DNA from: Mytilus trossulus | Taxonomy: Eukaryota | DNA length: 64,000 nt | NCBI RefSeq assembly: GCF_036588685.1 | Contig: NC_086373.1 | Location: forward strand, 99,696,001-99,760,000 | Reading direction: 5' to 3' | Part shown: positions 25,272-38,726 of the stretch, piece by piece | How positions within the stretch are numbered: position 1 is the first letter of the stretch | Layout of the letters: every line of letters starts with the position of its first letter | Notes under the pieces: model-generated | Seen by the model: the letters and a program-made list of their open reading frames with translations, nothing else | The model's database searches: none | Told to the model about the DNA's origin: nothing | Made by a program: the position numbers and the translations under genes

Positions 25272-27044
25272 AACTAGAGGCTCTAAAGAGCCTGTGTCGC
25301 TCACCTTGGCATATGTGAATTAAACAAAGGAAGCAGATAGTTCATGACAAAATTGTGTTTAGGTGATTGTGATGTGTTTGTACATCTTCCTTTACTGAAC
25401 ATTCTTGCTGCTTACAATTATCATTATCTATAATGAACTTGTCCGTGTAGTTTCAGTGGAAAATGTTAGAAAAAATTTACAAATTTTATGAAAATTGTTG
25501 AAATTGATTATAAAGGACAATAAATTCTTAGGGGGTCAATTGACCATTTTGGTCATTTTGACTTATTTTTTAGTCTTAAATTGCTGTACATTATTGCTGA
25601 TTACAGGTTATCTCTATCTATAATAATATTCAAGATAATAACCCAAAACAGCAAAATTTCCTTAAAATTACCAACTTAGGGGCAGCAACCCAACAACGAG
25701 TTGTCCGATTCATCTAAAAATCAGGGCAGATAGATCTTGACCAGATGAACAGTTTTACATCTTGTCAGATTTGCTCTAAATGCTTTGGTTTTTGAGTTAT
25801 AAGCCAAAAACTACATTTTACCCCTATGTTCTATTTTTAGCCGTAGCGGCCATCTTGGTAAGTTTGCCCAGTCACAAAACACAATTTTAAAACTAAATAG
25901 CCTAATAATGATTCTGGCTATGTTTGGTAAAATTTGGCCCAGTAGTTTCAGAGGAGAAGATTTTTGTAAAAGTTAATTAAGATTTACGAAAAATTTATAA
26001 AAATTGACTATAAAGGGCAATAACTCCTAAAAGGGTCAACTGACCATTTTGGTCCTGTTGACTTATTTGTAAATCTTACTTTGTTGAACATTTTTGCTGT
26101 TTACATTTTATCTCTATCCATAATAATATTCAAGATAATATCCAAAAATAGCAAAAATCCTTAAAATTACCAATTCAGGGGCAGCCACCCAACAACGGGT
26201 TGTCCCATTCATCTTAAAATTTAGGGCAGATAGATCTTGACCAGATAAACAATTTTACCCCTTGTCAGATTTGCTCTAAATGCTTTGGTTTTTTAGTAAT
26301 AACCAAAAACTGCATTTAACCTCCATGTACTATTTTTAGCCGTGGCGGCCATCTTGGTTGCTTGGTCGGGTCAAAAACACAATTTTTAAAATAGATACAT
26401 CAATGATGATTGTGGCCAATTTTGGATTAATTTGGCCCAGTAGTTTCAGAGGAGAAGATTTTTGTAAAAGATCATGAAGATTTACGAAAAATGGTTACAA
26501 ATTGACTATAAAGGGCAATAACTCATAAAGGGGTCATCTGACCATTTTGGTCATGTTGACTTATTTGTAAATCTTACTTTGCTGAACATTATTGCTGTTT
26601 ACAGTTTATCTCCATCTATTATAATATTCAAGATAATAACCAAAAACAGTAAAATTTCCTTAAAATTACCAATTTCCAACAATGGGTTGTCTGATTCATC
26701 TGAAAATTTCAGGGCAGATAGATCTTGACCTGATAAACAATTTTACCCCATGTCAGATTTGCTCTAAATGCTTTGGTTTTTGGGTATTAAGCCAAAAACT
26801 GCATTTTACCCCTATGTTCTATTTTTAGCCATGGCAGCCATCTTGGTTGGTTGGCCGGGTCAAAAAACACAAATTTTAAACTAAATACATCAATGATGAT
26901 TGTGGCCCAGTTTGGTTGAATTTGGCCCAGTAGTTTCAGAGGAGAAGATTGTTGTTAAAGTTAACGACGGACGACGGACGACGGACGCCGGACGCCAAGT
27001 GATGAGAAAAGCTCACTTGGCCCTTCGGGCTAGGTGAGCTAAAA
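25272..27044 (+). mobile_element. Helentron-associated (HINE/pearl-like) element with three ~499-bp internal tandem repeats
   Basis: Starts aactagaggctctaaagagcctgtgtcgctcacc. Units begin at 25504, 26004 and 26502. A (GACG)-type microsatellite lies at ~26965-26995. The 3' hairpin agctcacttggcccttcgggctaggtgagct is followed by an A-run. Confidence 0.85.
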
Positions 27045-29319
27045 ATTACCATTTATATTTCTCAAATTGTTTAACACACTTTGGAATTTACATGTGTCTC
27101 AGGTTTCGTGTTGTACAGTTTCACGGTAAATGCATATGGATTGAAGAACTGATTTGATTGTTTCAATTAGCTTTTATGTGACTTTTTTGCTTCCTGTTAT
27201 AAATTTAACATTTATTTCAGGACTCACGCGAGGTTTAATTGTGACAAACGATTTTGAAAGAAAAAAACCCCAAATAAATGAAATTAAACAGCCCGATTGC
27301 TTAATTATCGATATAAAATTTCAACATTTTCATTCTCTCTTCTTATTTCTTTCATTTTTTTTTAAATCTGTGAAACTGCTTTAAGTGTTATTAACTGGTT
27401 ATAGTTTTACTGTTTTTTGGCGCTGACAGTAGATCTTTGATTGTTTCTGTTTAAATTATTAAGTTTAAACTAATAGAACTTTACATATTGTATAGATCTA
27501 GACCCGTTCGCACCATTCTGTTGTAGGCTGTTTTGAGTTGCAGTCTCTTTGGCTTTTACTACACATCTGTTTTTATTCATAAATAAGGTTCAATACAATC
27601 GATACAAACAATTACAAATATACCCCCTCTCTTCCAATAACAAAAACACTCATGGACAATCCAAACTTAAGACAACTGAACGGTGCATTTGGTTTTAAAC
27701 TAAATACTAGCAAGAAACTTCTCGGATCTTGATAAACAGAAAAGGCACAATTGTGACTTTCGAGATATTTAAAACCTTTGTTTAACGGAACTTGGTTTAG
27801 TTTTCAGTTATAGCTGGTACCATGGTCATATTGACATATTCCACTCTAAAGTATTTGCATTTCTAATAAAAAATCTCCATATCTATCATGTAATAAAAAC
27901 CTACTTGATTTCCTCCCTTTCATTTCCTGGCTAGGAGACTGTACTCTGCCTTAATCACGTTAAAATTGCCTTTAATACTACCGATCATTGACAGAAATTA
28001 ATAGACAATGCGGGAAAGGAAATAACGCTGTCTAAAAACATCAGTGAAGTCATCGATTCTCCAGAGAACAATGAATATAAATAAAACTTGTCAACACTGA
28101 TGCTAAGCAGTATAGTAAAATAAATGCTGCTGAAATTCCGTTAATTGCAGATATCCTTTTCTCCTCGAAGCTATTTCAATTCATTTTATTTTGTGTCACG
28201 CTTTCTGCACCTAAGAGACTATAGATATTTAACGAATGGTTATTATTTTCAATGTGTACATTTCTCTATTATGTTGCCCGAAACTAAATAAAGTTCAATG
28301 TCAAAACAAAAACAATCGTCAGAATTCAAATCTGATACGAACTTCAAAGCTTAGTTTCAACGTGCTACTATTTTTATATTTTTTTGTATAGTTTTCTGGA
28401 CTTGTCTTGATCTTACAGTCTTTTTTTCAACTAACAATGATTATGTATTTTATATGTCTGTATTTGACTTATGATTTTTGTATCATATCGGACTCGTAAA
28501 TTACAAGACTTGGTATAGTCTAAGTACCAGAATCCAAACTTATATGGAAAAGAAATAACTGAAGTAGAAACCCATCTAGTTGCTAGGCTTACAAATAAGA
28601 ACGTCATACACGCGTTTTGTTTCTTATAAGAACCATCATTTGCTCTCGAAACAAAAAAATTGGTATGCCAAACCGATTTATAACAGGCTAAAAAACTAAA
28701 GCTACTAAAAATTAAAAAAAAAAATGTGTTTAATCTTCCTCTATCTATGCCTTGGTGCAGAACATGTTTAGTCGGGATTTCGAGAAATTTCAACATTTTA
28801 TGAACAGTTATTAAAAGCAGATCGTTAATTTCATTCCAATGCAACTAATATCGTTTAGCCATTTATCTATTTTCATTTTAATTATTTATTACATAATACT
28901 ATGTTGATGGAAGTTTTTAACGACCTTGACTGGCTATACAGCCCTCGCACGGTCGTCTATATAATACTATAAATAATTTAATAAATTTCAAATAAAAATG
29001 GCTTTCACACTTTCTGGCCTTTATCATTCCCAATGAAAGTATATCCAGAGAAGTGCTTTGAATGAAACTAATTTATAAAGAGGCATTTTCACTTAAACTT
29101 ATATTTTCATGCGAATGAGCATCACTTACGGAATTCTACAACAGTTTTTTAGTGAACTTGCATCGAAAGGTTGGTGTCTCATTGATGTTTATTTCACATC
29201 TCTGTTCACATAAAGTCGGTGAAAAGCAAGGTTCAAAATTTTTTTTTTAATTTATTTGCTTATTACCTGTCTTTGATTAGATCTAACTTAGAGCATGTTC
29301 TCCAATTTATTTATATTAT

Positions 29320-29797
29320 AGTCCTGTAATGTTGTGTTGTCATTTTAATGTTATATTTCACATGGCCATAAAAGAGGGAGGTTTGGCATGCCACAAAACC
29401 AGGTTCAACCCACCATTTTGTCTTTAAAAATGTCCTGTACCAAGTCAGGAATATGGCAATTGTTAAACTATAGTTCGTTTCCCTTGTATGTTACATTTTA
29501 ACGTTGTGTCGTTTGTTTTCTCTTATTTTTGAGTGAAAATTCACATTACTATAAGACGTCTCACTGTACTTATCTATCCCAAATTCATGTATTTGGTTTT
29601 GATGGTATATTTGTTATTCTCGTAGGATTCTGTTTAATGCTTAGTCCGTTTCTGGGTGTGTTACATTTTAATGTTGTTTCGGTGTTCTCCTCTTATATTA
29701 AATGCGTTTCTCTCAGTTTTAGTTTGTTACCCCGATTTTTTTTTTGTCCATGGATTTATGAGTAATGAACAGCTGTATACTACTGTTGCCTTTATTT
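29320..29797 (+). mobile_element. interspersed repeat carrying a twister-like motif (29365-29457)
   Basis: The body matches 55870-56120 and 52630-52780 in reverse orientation and 7750-7955 in the same orientation. Motif: gccata-aaa-gagg-GAGGT-ttggcatgcca-caa-aaccaggtt-CAA-ccc-AC-cattttg..aaaaatg-t-cctgTACCAAGTcagg-aa-tatggc. Confidence 0.8.
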
Positions 29798-29969
29798 AGA
29801 ACCAGACAGATATGATAAATCTACAAATGTACAGATATCATACTTTACTTATATCAAAGATGAGGTTAGAAAATGGTCAGGTAAGATTAAAAGCCAAAAT
29901 CATGTGGCTGAGACGTTTATTGTAGATAATTATGCTTCGTATTTAAGTGGTATGGACATTAAACCAATG

Positions 29970-32900
29970 TTGGAAAAGAAAACACCTGCGTAATCATATA
30001 CATTTCTATTTTTCTGTGTTGAAAATAGTATCTCAATTTATTTCGGACGCAAATAAACTCATCAAAGACACCAGAATTGATTTTTTTTATTGCGCAAGAC
30101 TCATCAGTGACGCTCTAATAAAAAAGATAAAAGATTCAAATAAAGTACGAAGTTGAAGAGCATTGAGGACCAAAATTCCTAAAAGTTTTGTTAAATACAG
30201 TAAGGGTAATCAATGTATTCCTGAGTTCGAAAAGCCTTAGTAATTCTTGATCTTTTCTACTATTGATTCTCGTCATCTCAAGATGAACAACGACAGCAAA
30301 ACACATGTATTATAAAAGTTTTACATTTATCAACAACAAAATAAAATAATTCCTTATTAAAATAAGAAATGGAATTTAGTATAATAGTTATTCTTATTAC
30401 AAGATCTTAAAACAATTAAGCAACAAAGGTATACATCATGAAAAAAACACGCTAAATATGTGTGCCCGTTTTAGCTTTACATGGTTATTGAGTAAACATA
30501 CACATTCACGTTAAGTTGTTAGGGTACAGGTTTAATCGAATGCTCCGTATAGGGAAAGTACCACGATATGAACAAATGTAAGACCGCTTTCGACATTTCT
30601 TTAAGGGGAAAGCATTATCAAAACATGTTTATATTATAATATTATGTAGTGTTTAAGTAACTCATACAAGATCTTAAATCAAAAAATACATGATATATAA
30701 ACTTTGTTGGTAACAAAACAAATAATACAAAATGGCTAGATATGTGTTAGTAATTGCCTTTCACTTCTGATTTTCTACGAAATAGCTGCATGTGACTGAT
30801 TGTATGAACCAAGAGAACTTATTAATATGTTCTGTAGATTGTTAATAATAATGTATGTTGAAACATTTCATCATGATTTGTATTTTTTTTAAATGTAAAT
30901 TCCATCTGGCCAGGGAAGTCTTGTAATCGGAGAAGACGCTCATTGTCAATTGAAAACTCTGAAATGTACGTTAAAACTGCATTTATCTTTAAACACCGAG
31001 TTTCAAACATGAATGATTTATTTTTTAAATGAAAGAGTATTGCCCAACTTAAATAAGTTTCAAATCCATTTCCTCATATTCGGTCAGATTTAAATGGTTT
31101 AAATTAATAATCCGAATTGTACGATTTAAGATTTAAAATCGTTTTCTGTTATGACTGAAAAGTGTAAAAGAGAGACAGAAATTGAGGAACATTCAAAACT
31201 CATGATAAGTCGTAAAAGGAAACCGACAACGTCATGGCAAAAAAACCTTACACAAAATAATGAAAAGACGACCAAATTAACAAAACACTAGATAGAAAAA
31301 CCAAAGTTTGAGCAAGACGAACCAAAACATATATTTGTGGAACTCATGTGCTCCGGAAGGGCAATCGGATTCTGTTCCACATTTGATACTCGTCGTGGCG
31401 CTTCTGATGCAAGTACAAATCTGATGATAAATCACATTCGGTGATGTTTCAAATGAGGCGGGATTATGGTTAAGGTCATTGGACAAAAAAAAGAACACCT
31501 GCGCAATCATATACTATTCTATTTTTCTGTGTCGAAAACGGCATCTTAAATTTTTGAGAAGCAAACAAACTCATCATAGACATCAGGATTCAAATTTCGT
31601 ATATTGCGCAAGATTCATCAGTGACGATCGAATAAAAAAGAAAATTAAAAGGGCCATATAAAGTACATTAGTTGAAGAGCATCGAGGACCAAAAATTCTA
31701 AAATATTAACCAAATACAGCTAAGGTAAACTTTTCCTAAGTTAGGAAATCCTTAAACAGTATTTCGATCTTTTTTACTATTGATTCTCGTCATACAAAAG
31801 ATGAACAGCCACAATATGTAATTACAATAATCATATCTATCAAAACCCAAATAAAAACATTCCTATAAAAATGTGAAATGGAATTCAGTATAATTGTTAT
31901 TGTTATTACAATATATTAGAGCAATAAAGCAAAGGTTCACATAAAATAAAAATAAACTATTCTAAATAGGGATGTTCGTTTTGGTTTTACACATGTTTAA
32001 ATACGTATTCAAGTTCGGTTGTTAATGTGCAGTTTAAATCGAATGCCACGTATAGGAAGAGTGTCACGATCTCTGTAAATTTAAGATCCCTTCAACATTT
32101 CGTTGATGGGCATACACTATCAATACATGTTATATTCTACAAATAAGGGACGACATCAAAAGATAAATGAAGGATACAAAAATTCATTCAAAAAGTTTGG
32201 GGGTGGGGGGGTGGGGGTTGAACTGATGCAAGATTTGATTATCCTACATTGATTTTTACATATATCCATATGGGTAAATCAATTTTTCCCAAATTAAGTT
32301 AAGAGGGGGGTAGGGGGTCATTGAAAAAACTATGTGAATTAAGTTTTTTATCCTTCATTGAACTTTTGATGTCGTCCCTAATAATGTTGTGTATAATTTA
32401 CTCACATGCATAGGATCTTAAATCAAAAACTACATGATACACGTTGTATGTACCAAAACAAATATTCTAAAATGGCTAGATATGTATTAGTAAATGCCTT
32501 TAATTTCTGATGTTCTACAAGATAGCTGCACGTGACAGATTATATGAACCCAGAGAACTTATTATCATTTTTAGTATTTTGTTTATAATAATGTTCTGTT
32601 GAAATGTTACATTATAATTTGTAATTTTTTAAATGTAAATTCAATCTGGCCAGGGAAGTCCTGAATTCTGAGGAAACGTTAATTGTCAATTAAAAGCCAT
32701 GAAATGCACGTTAAACGATCATCTATCTTTAAACACCGAGTCTTTTACATGAATGATTTATTTTTTAAATGATAGAGTAATGCCAATTTTTAACAAAGTT
32801 TCAAATCCATTTCCTCGTATTCTGTTTAGATAAATTGTTTAAACAATAGTTTGAATTGTAGAATTTAAGCATTTAAAATACTTTTCTATAATGACTGCTA

Positions 32901-33270
32901 GGCTGCACTACACAGCAATTGAAATAAAACAAAGTACCAGAGGAAAATCCAAAACTCATCAATCGAAAAAGAAACTGACAACACAATGGCAAAAAAACCC
33001 TAAAGCAAAATGATGAAAAGACGATCAAGTCCACAAAAGCACTAGGTAGAAAACTAAAGTTTACGCAAGACGAACCAAAAAATACATCTGTGCGGAACTC
33101 GTGTGCTCCCGGAAGGGTAATCAGATCTTTCTCCGGTACTTGTCGTTCTGCTTATGCAAGTACAAATCCGATGATAAATCTCATTCGCTGATGTCTCAAA
33201 AGCTGACGTGAGAGTGGTAAAGATCATTGGAACATATCGATGGGCATCTGTGATGAAGATATTCTCTAAT
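29970..33270. repeat. diverged ~1.5-kb tandem duplication (29970-31478 / 31479-~33270)
   Basis: Colinear shared blocks include acacctgcg(t/c)aatcatata, ctggccagggaagtc and aaacaccgagt, plus the same retrozyme relic and Penelope-tail relic in both copies. Confidence 0.9.
32147..32378. mobile_element. PIF/Harbinger-type MITE
   Basis: TIR gggacgacatcaaaag..atgaaggata / tatccttcat..cttttgatgtcgtccc. TAA flanks both sides. The element is absent from the paralogous site (~30635) in the first duplicate. Confidence 0.85.
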
Positions 33271-33548
33271 AATTGTGAACCGTACTTCGAGAGGTAAAGA
33301 TACAGTCACTGATATATTCAAACTCATTATTCGATCACTTTCTCACTACGTCATGACAAAAAACGAAAAACAATCAAACTGGTAAAGTTATATGTTTATC
33401 CATCGTATTTCTAGGATTATAAAATTGAGAATTGAAATGGGAGTCAATGATATATTTAAACTCATTATTCGATCACTGACTCACTACGTCACGACAAAAA
33501 ACAAAAAAAAACCATCAGACTTAAACAACCAGATCAAACTGGTAAAGT

Positions 33549-33725
33549 TATATGTTTATCTGTCGTAATGCCATGATTATAAGATTAAAGCCATCGAATA
33601 TTAAACGTTATGTTTATCTGTCGTAATGCTATGATTATAAGATTAAAGCCATCGAATATTAAACGTTATGTTTATCTGTCGTAATGCTATGATTATAAGA
33701 TTAAAGCCATCGAATATTAAATGTT
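33549..33725. repeat. 58-bp unit x3 tandem repeat (preceded by a ~135-bp-period duplication 33310-33560)
   Basis: tatgtttatctgtcgtaatgctatgattataagattaaagccatcgaatattaaa repeated three times. Confidence 0.9.
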
Positions 33726-35359
33726 GTTGTATATGTCAATAATTGCGATTTTGATTTCTTTTTAATTGATAAAATAACGAAAGCCAAATATCATTTCATG
33801 CTGTGATATCCTGTATAACTCAGCACAACGAAGATGGTGCTTTGGCAGTAATAATTCATAATATATTTTGATAAGAACAAGCTTTAATAGAAAACTAATT
33901 AAGGCTTACTTGTAACAGTGGTTGGAAGATCGGCCAATCGAAGCACATAGTCCACGACTCATTGTTATGCCTGTCTAGTTGAAGATAACTATAACATCAG
34001 ACCTGTTTTCGCCTACGTAATCAGCTTAAAATCACTACTGTCAACAATATGTAATCACTTTTACCATTTACCCAAATTTAAATTAAATTAAATTATTCAT
34101 TAATTCGTATTATGTGTTTTTGTTTTCCAAGGTAACGCAGTTCCATTTCTGACGGGAAAACACACATGCTGTGCGTTAATTTCAGTAACAGTAAAGCACT
34201 TAAGTATGTTCTGTCTAATCTTTCATAAAGTTTTGTATTGAACTAAATGATGTTATACTATACACTGGAGGTTTTATTGAACAGAAACATGTCCAAGCAG
34301 AAAGATTTGACTTTTTACATTATCAAACTTATTTAGATTTTATTCATTTTAATATCATTTTCTTCTTAACATTGTCAAAGAACCGCCTCATTGACGTAAC
34401 ATGATAGTTGCATATTCCTTTCAGACTAGATTAGATTTTTACACATGCCACGTGTAAAAATCCTATATATGAGAGTTAATCAACTTAAAGCCAAGCACCA
34501 ATTTATCAAGGAAATGTCAAGATCTTTGCTTTATAAGGGACTTTGGTTAACTTGACCGCTACTACACAAAACCATAGAAAAAATAAATTATTCTTATTTG
34601 GAATTGAAAAAAAACCACTCTGTATAATAAATGTGAATAAACCACGTTGAGCAAACTATTAACATCCTTCAGAATTATTGTTACCTTTTACAGAGAGAAT
34701 ATTTCAATCTGAAAAATACGAGTCTTCGCAAATTATAATTATGCAAGTAAAGCTTGCTTTGGCTATAAACATATATAAGATAACTTAATACCAGCCATGT
34801 TGATTATACTGATTATTAATATGACTGTAAGCATTTACGAGAAGGTTTTTTTCTTTATCTGTTGATTGCTGAAACGCCTGAAACAACGTTTACGCCATTT
34901 TGATAATGAACAACATAAATTGCGTTCACGATTTACCGTTATCAGAATAGTTGCTGCTTCAGCTAAAGAGCAAATTAAGTATTGAACTATGATTTATCTG
35001 AAGACATTGCCCTAGGACATGGGTTTAATGATTCATAAAATGTATTGATTCATATCTATACCTTTACTCTGACAAATAAATCATAGTCCTTTCCATGTTC
35101 TAGTACAAAGGCGATGCCAAGCAGAAACTAAAACCTATAGATTTTTTTTTAATTACACGTACAAACTCACTAAACTTGTTGGAAATGCAACATCTTTAGT
35201 GATGAATATAAAACTAGATATTAACAGGATAACCATAATGAATCTACATGTTTCTCATAAACTGTTAAGTGGAAAGATATTTGTTTAAGTCCCGCGGATT
35301 AGTTTCAACCATATATTCCTAACGAGGTTTGGCAGCGTACAGCGCAAGTTCAGGTTTTA

Positions 35360-35627
35360 GGTGGTACCCAACACTTTCACTAACATTAATTTGGCTCGAT
35401 TAATTTTCATAAAATTTTTACTAAGTATTTCCTTTGACCCTTTTACAAAAATATAAAAATTTCAAAAATGTTTAACGAACCGTTTTGTCAGAAAAATTAC
35501 ACTGGTTATATAGCAGTTTGACAAACACCAATTTTGATCATTGATAAGCTTAATGTTCCCTCTACAACACAACGTAATTAATCAGTTGACTTTGCAGAGT
35601 TATCTCCCTGTAGTGTTAGGTGCCACC
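35360..35627. mobile_element. Kolobok-like MITE
   Basis: TIR ggtggtacccaacact / agtgttaggtgccacc, with TTTA on the left flank and TTAA on the right. Confidence 0.7.
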
Positions 35628-36289
35628 TTAATACACAGTTACATTTTGTCTCGTATTTTGACATGATGTGAGGAAAAACTTGGCAAAAATAAACCTGATG
35701 ATACAGGTACATTCATTTTTGTCAAATTAATGCAGCTTTTTGAATACTACCATTTTGAACGAGGTTTAAGGTGGGGTTTTTTTTCAAACCGACAAAGGTT
35801 GGTATATAAGTATTGTGCCAAAATCCGCCAGCCTTGAATTTGACAAAAACTACAAATTTATCTTTTACAAATGATTTTAAAAACTTTCAGAAAGGTACAA
35901 ACCAAATATATTGAAGTTCTTTATAGACATTAGACTAAATCTTAGACAAAAAATCTATTTTAAGTATTAATCATCAAGAAAATTAATTTCATATAGGCCT
36001 ACTTGCCGTGTATATCCTTTATGTGCCTATTCAGTCCATCAGAGCATATTCTATTCAATCCTAACTCTATTTTAAAATTTTACTCTTAAATTCAACGAGC
36101 TTTTTTTAGAAGGAATTTCATTTTAATAAAACAGTATTCGTGATACTCGGTTCCAAAATTCAAAAGACAACAGAAGTATATATATGCGGTTCACTGTTTA
36201 CAAATATTCATGCCCCAAAAGGATTGTGGATTTTGAGAAAGATATGCACGCCATTTGTATGTTGTATTGTTTATAAAACAATACAAAAC

Positions 36290-36895
36290 TAGACAAAGTG
36301 ATGCCCCGCACTCCACTCTAAAGTAACTGTAGATTTTTTTTGGTATTATTGTGTCTGGATGACACAAATTATGATCCTACAGATGCAAAGTGTTATTGTA
36401 AAATACACAAAGTTGAGCATGGGAGCACATAGTTCTAATGTTCACTGTAAATGGAATTATCCAGAAATGCTATGCACCTCTCATTCAAGTTTATACTCCA
36501 AAAATGACAACATTGAACTATTTTTCAAAAGAGCAAATATTAATAAAAATCATTCCTGACCTCCACAAGCACAACTTCAGTTGATGTACAAACAGCCAGC
36601 AGAGTGAAAACTGCCTAGCATACAAACTGTAGGAGAAGTTATCTGAATATTTTAATTTGTCTGTATGATATTCCTAATTTATTAATGTTTTCGTCTTGTA
36701 ATTGTTAATGTATTATTGTTATTCTTTTGTAGCACAATACGTAATAGATTGCTTTATCTTACAATTATATTTAATTATTATGCACCCATACTGGGAGGAC
36801 TAAAAGACGGAATGACAGACAGAAAGACAAGCAGAAGGTCGAACGGACAGGAATAAACAATATGTCCCAAAATTTTCAGTTACGGGGGCAAACAA
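36290..36895 (+). mobile_element. decayed HINE/pearl-like element
   Basis: Starts aaactag...gatgccccg, has a degenerate GACA/GACG microsatellite at 36805-36850 and a 3' hairpin tgtccc...gggggca. Confidence 0.45.
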
Positions 36896-37774
36896 GATAA
36901 AATCACAAAAAAATTGATCTGACACTGTTTTGCTTCACAGCTGTCAAACAATCTGAAAACGGACAAAAACTTCATTTAAGTTGATTTACGGATAAAGTTG
37001 AACAAGTTAACCAGTAAAGAATATGAAACTGAAACTGAGTCATGGTTTATTTCAATTTGAAGAAAAAGTAAATTAATAAAAATATCTTAACATCAAATTG
37101 TTGGGTAAAAACGCTAACAGATTTTCTATTTTCCGTTGTTATTGGTAAAGTGAAACTTATGATTGCAAGATAAATGACGCTTATTCGTTCCATCAGAATT
37201 ATCTGATGTTTCTTATTTGATTTATGTAATATGTTTCCATGGAATTATTCGGAAGCATTTGCCCTAGACGGTATAAGGTTTACTCAGAGTCAAGTACGTA
37301 AATTAATTGGAATCCACCTATCCTAGACACCTATATTGTGTGAACCAATCGAAAGGTCGGTTATATTAATCCATCACTTACAGGCATTACATACATCTTT
37401 GCATGTGCAGTAGATTAGTCACATACTTTTTTTGGAAATATAAAGCATATAAAAAAAGATTAGATTTGCATTAAAGAACTTTTATTTCAACTTTTCAATG
37501 AAAACAAAACAGCGAATAAGTAATATCTACTATAGGAGTCAATTGTTTTGTACATGTACACTTTGAAAAATAAAAAAATATTATGATAAGTAGCAAACAT
37601 AAGATGAAGCACAACAATCAAAGAGTTGTTCTTTTAACATATTGATCATTTTCTCGAGACAGTTTGTGACCCTGTTGTCTTATGTACATTTTCTCACTTT
37701 CCTATCATTTCTAATATGGAAAGTACACAATAGGAAAATTTTGAAAACTTATGTAAATGGAAAACAATGATTTG

Positions 37775-37950
37775 GTTTTTGTAACATTTATATATTTACT
37801 TTGTTTCATTGTAATATTAAACTCTGATAACATTGATCTTCTTAGCGTTTCTAATTTTACTTTGTTTAATTGTAATATTATAAAACTCTGAAAACATTGA
37901 TCTGTGTAACGTTTCTAATTGTACTTTGTTTTATTGTTATATCCAAACTA
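37775..37950. repeat. ~60-bp unit x3 degenerate tandem repeat
   Basis: tactttgttt.attgtaatatt..aaactctga.aacattgatc recurs. Confidence 0.75.
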
Positions 37951-38569
37951 GACTAATCAGGAAGTAGCAGCAATGAAACTTTACAGTAACCTGTTAAAGT
38001 TATCAGTTATTATAAAAACAAAATTCGTAATATGGCAGCAACACAGGATATAGAGATGAAACCTGAATAAATGACAATTCATGTCCGTACAGTCTATGAC
38101 GTTTTGCGCTAGAAAGGACTTTTTTTTATTTAATGACTAATCATATCGATGTTTTCTTGGAAATCTCAAAAATGAAATAATGCAATATAAGTATTTGCAA
38201 TCTGGAATTTTCTATACATGTTTTGGTTCATGATGACAAAAAAAAAGTTGTATTAAATGTAAGATTGGCAATGCATCCAGTAATGGTACAACCCATGTAA
38301 AACACGCTTCGATTACACCGCATATTGGTTGAATTTTTAATTTCTAGTTCATACAAATAAGTAATGGTACAAATATCAAAGTTGCGACTCCCTCGCATAA
38401 TGTAAATAAGTTCATGCTCTTTTATAGTTTCTTATGTTGTGTTTTCAAACGTTTTGTCACAGGCGAACCTAATGCAGCTTATTTCAAGGTCACTGTCATA
38501 TCTCATGGGGGTTAATGCAAGGCCATGAACAAACTTAAAGAAGGTTATTGCAAGGTCACGAGCGTATAT

Positions 38570-38726
38570 CATGTACGGATTCAGGGGGCCTGGGGGCGCC
38601 CGCTCCCCTTTCTTGGGAAACATTTGGGTAATTATATAGGGAATCACTGAAGCATGACTGGAGTCCCCCTCCCTTAAGGCCAGTCAGCCCCCCTCCCCCT
38701 TATAAAAAAGTCTGGATCCAACACTG
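38570..38726. mobile_element. small GC-rich TIR MITE inserted in a degenerate ttattgcaaggtca array (38480-38905)
   Basis: Ends catgtacggattcag / ctggatccaacactg, with TATAT on both flanks. Confidence 0.6.

Noticed and set aside
29020-29065. possible decayed hammerhead variant
   Set aside because: The core reads ccaatga/gagaa and is too degenerate to support.
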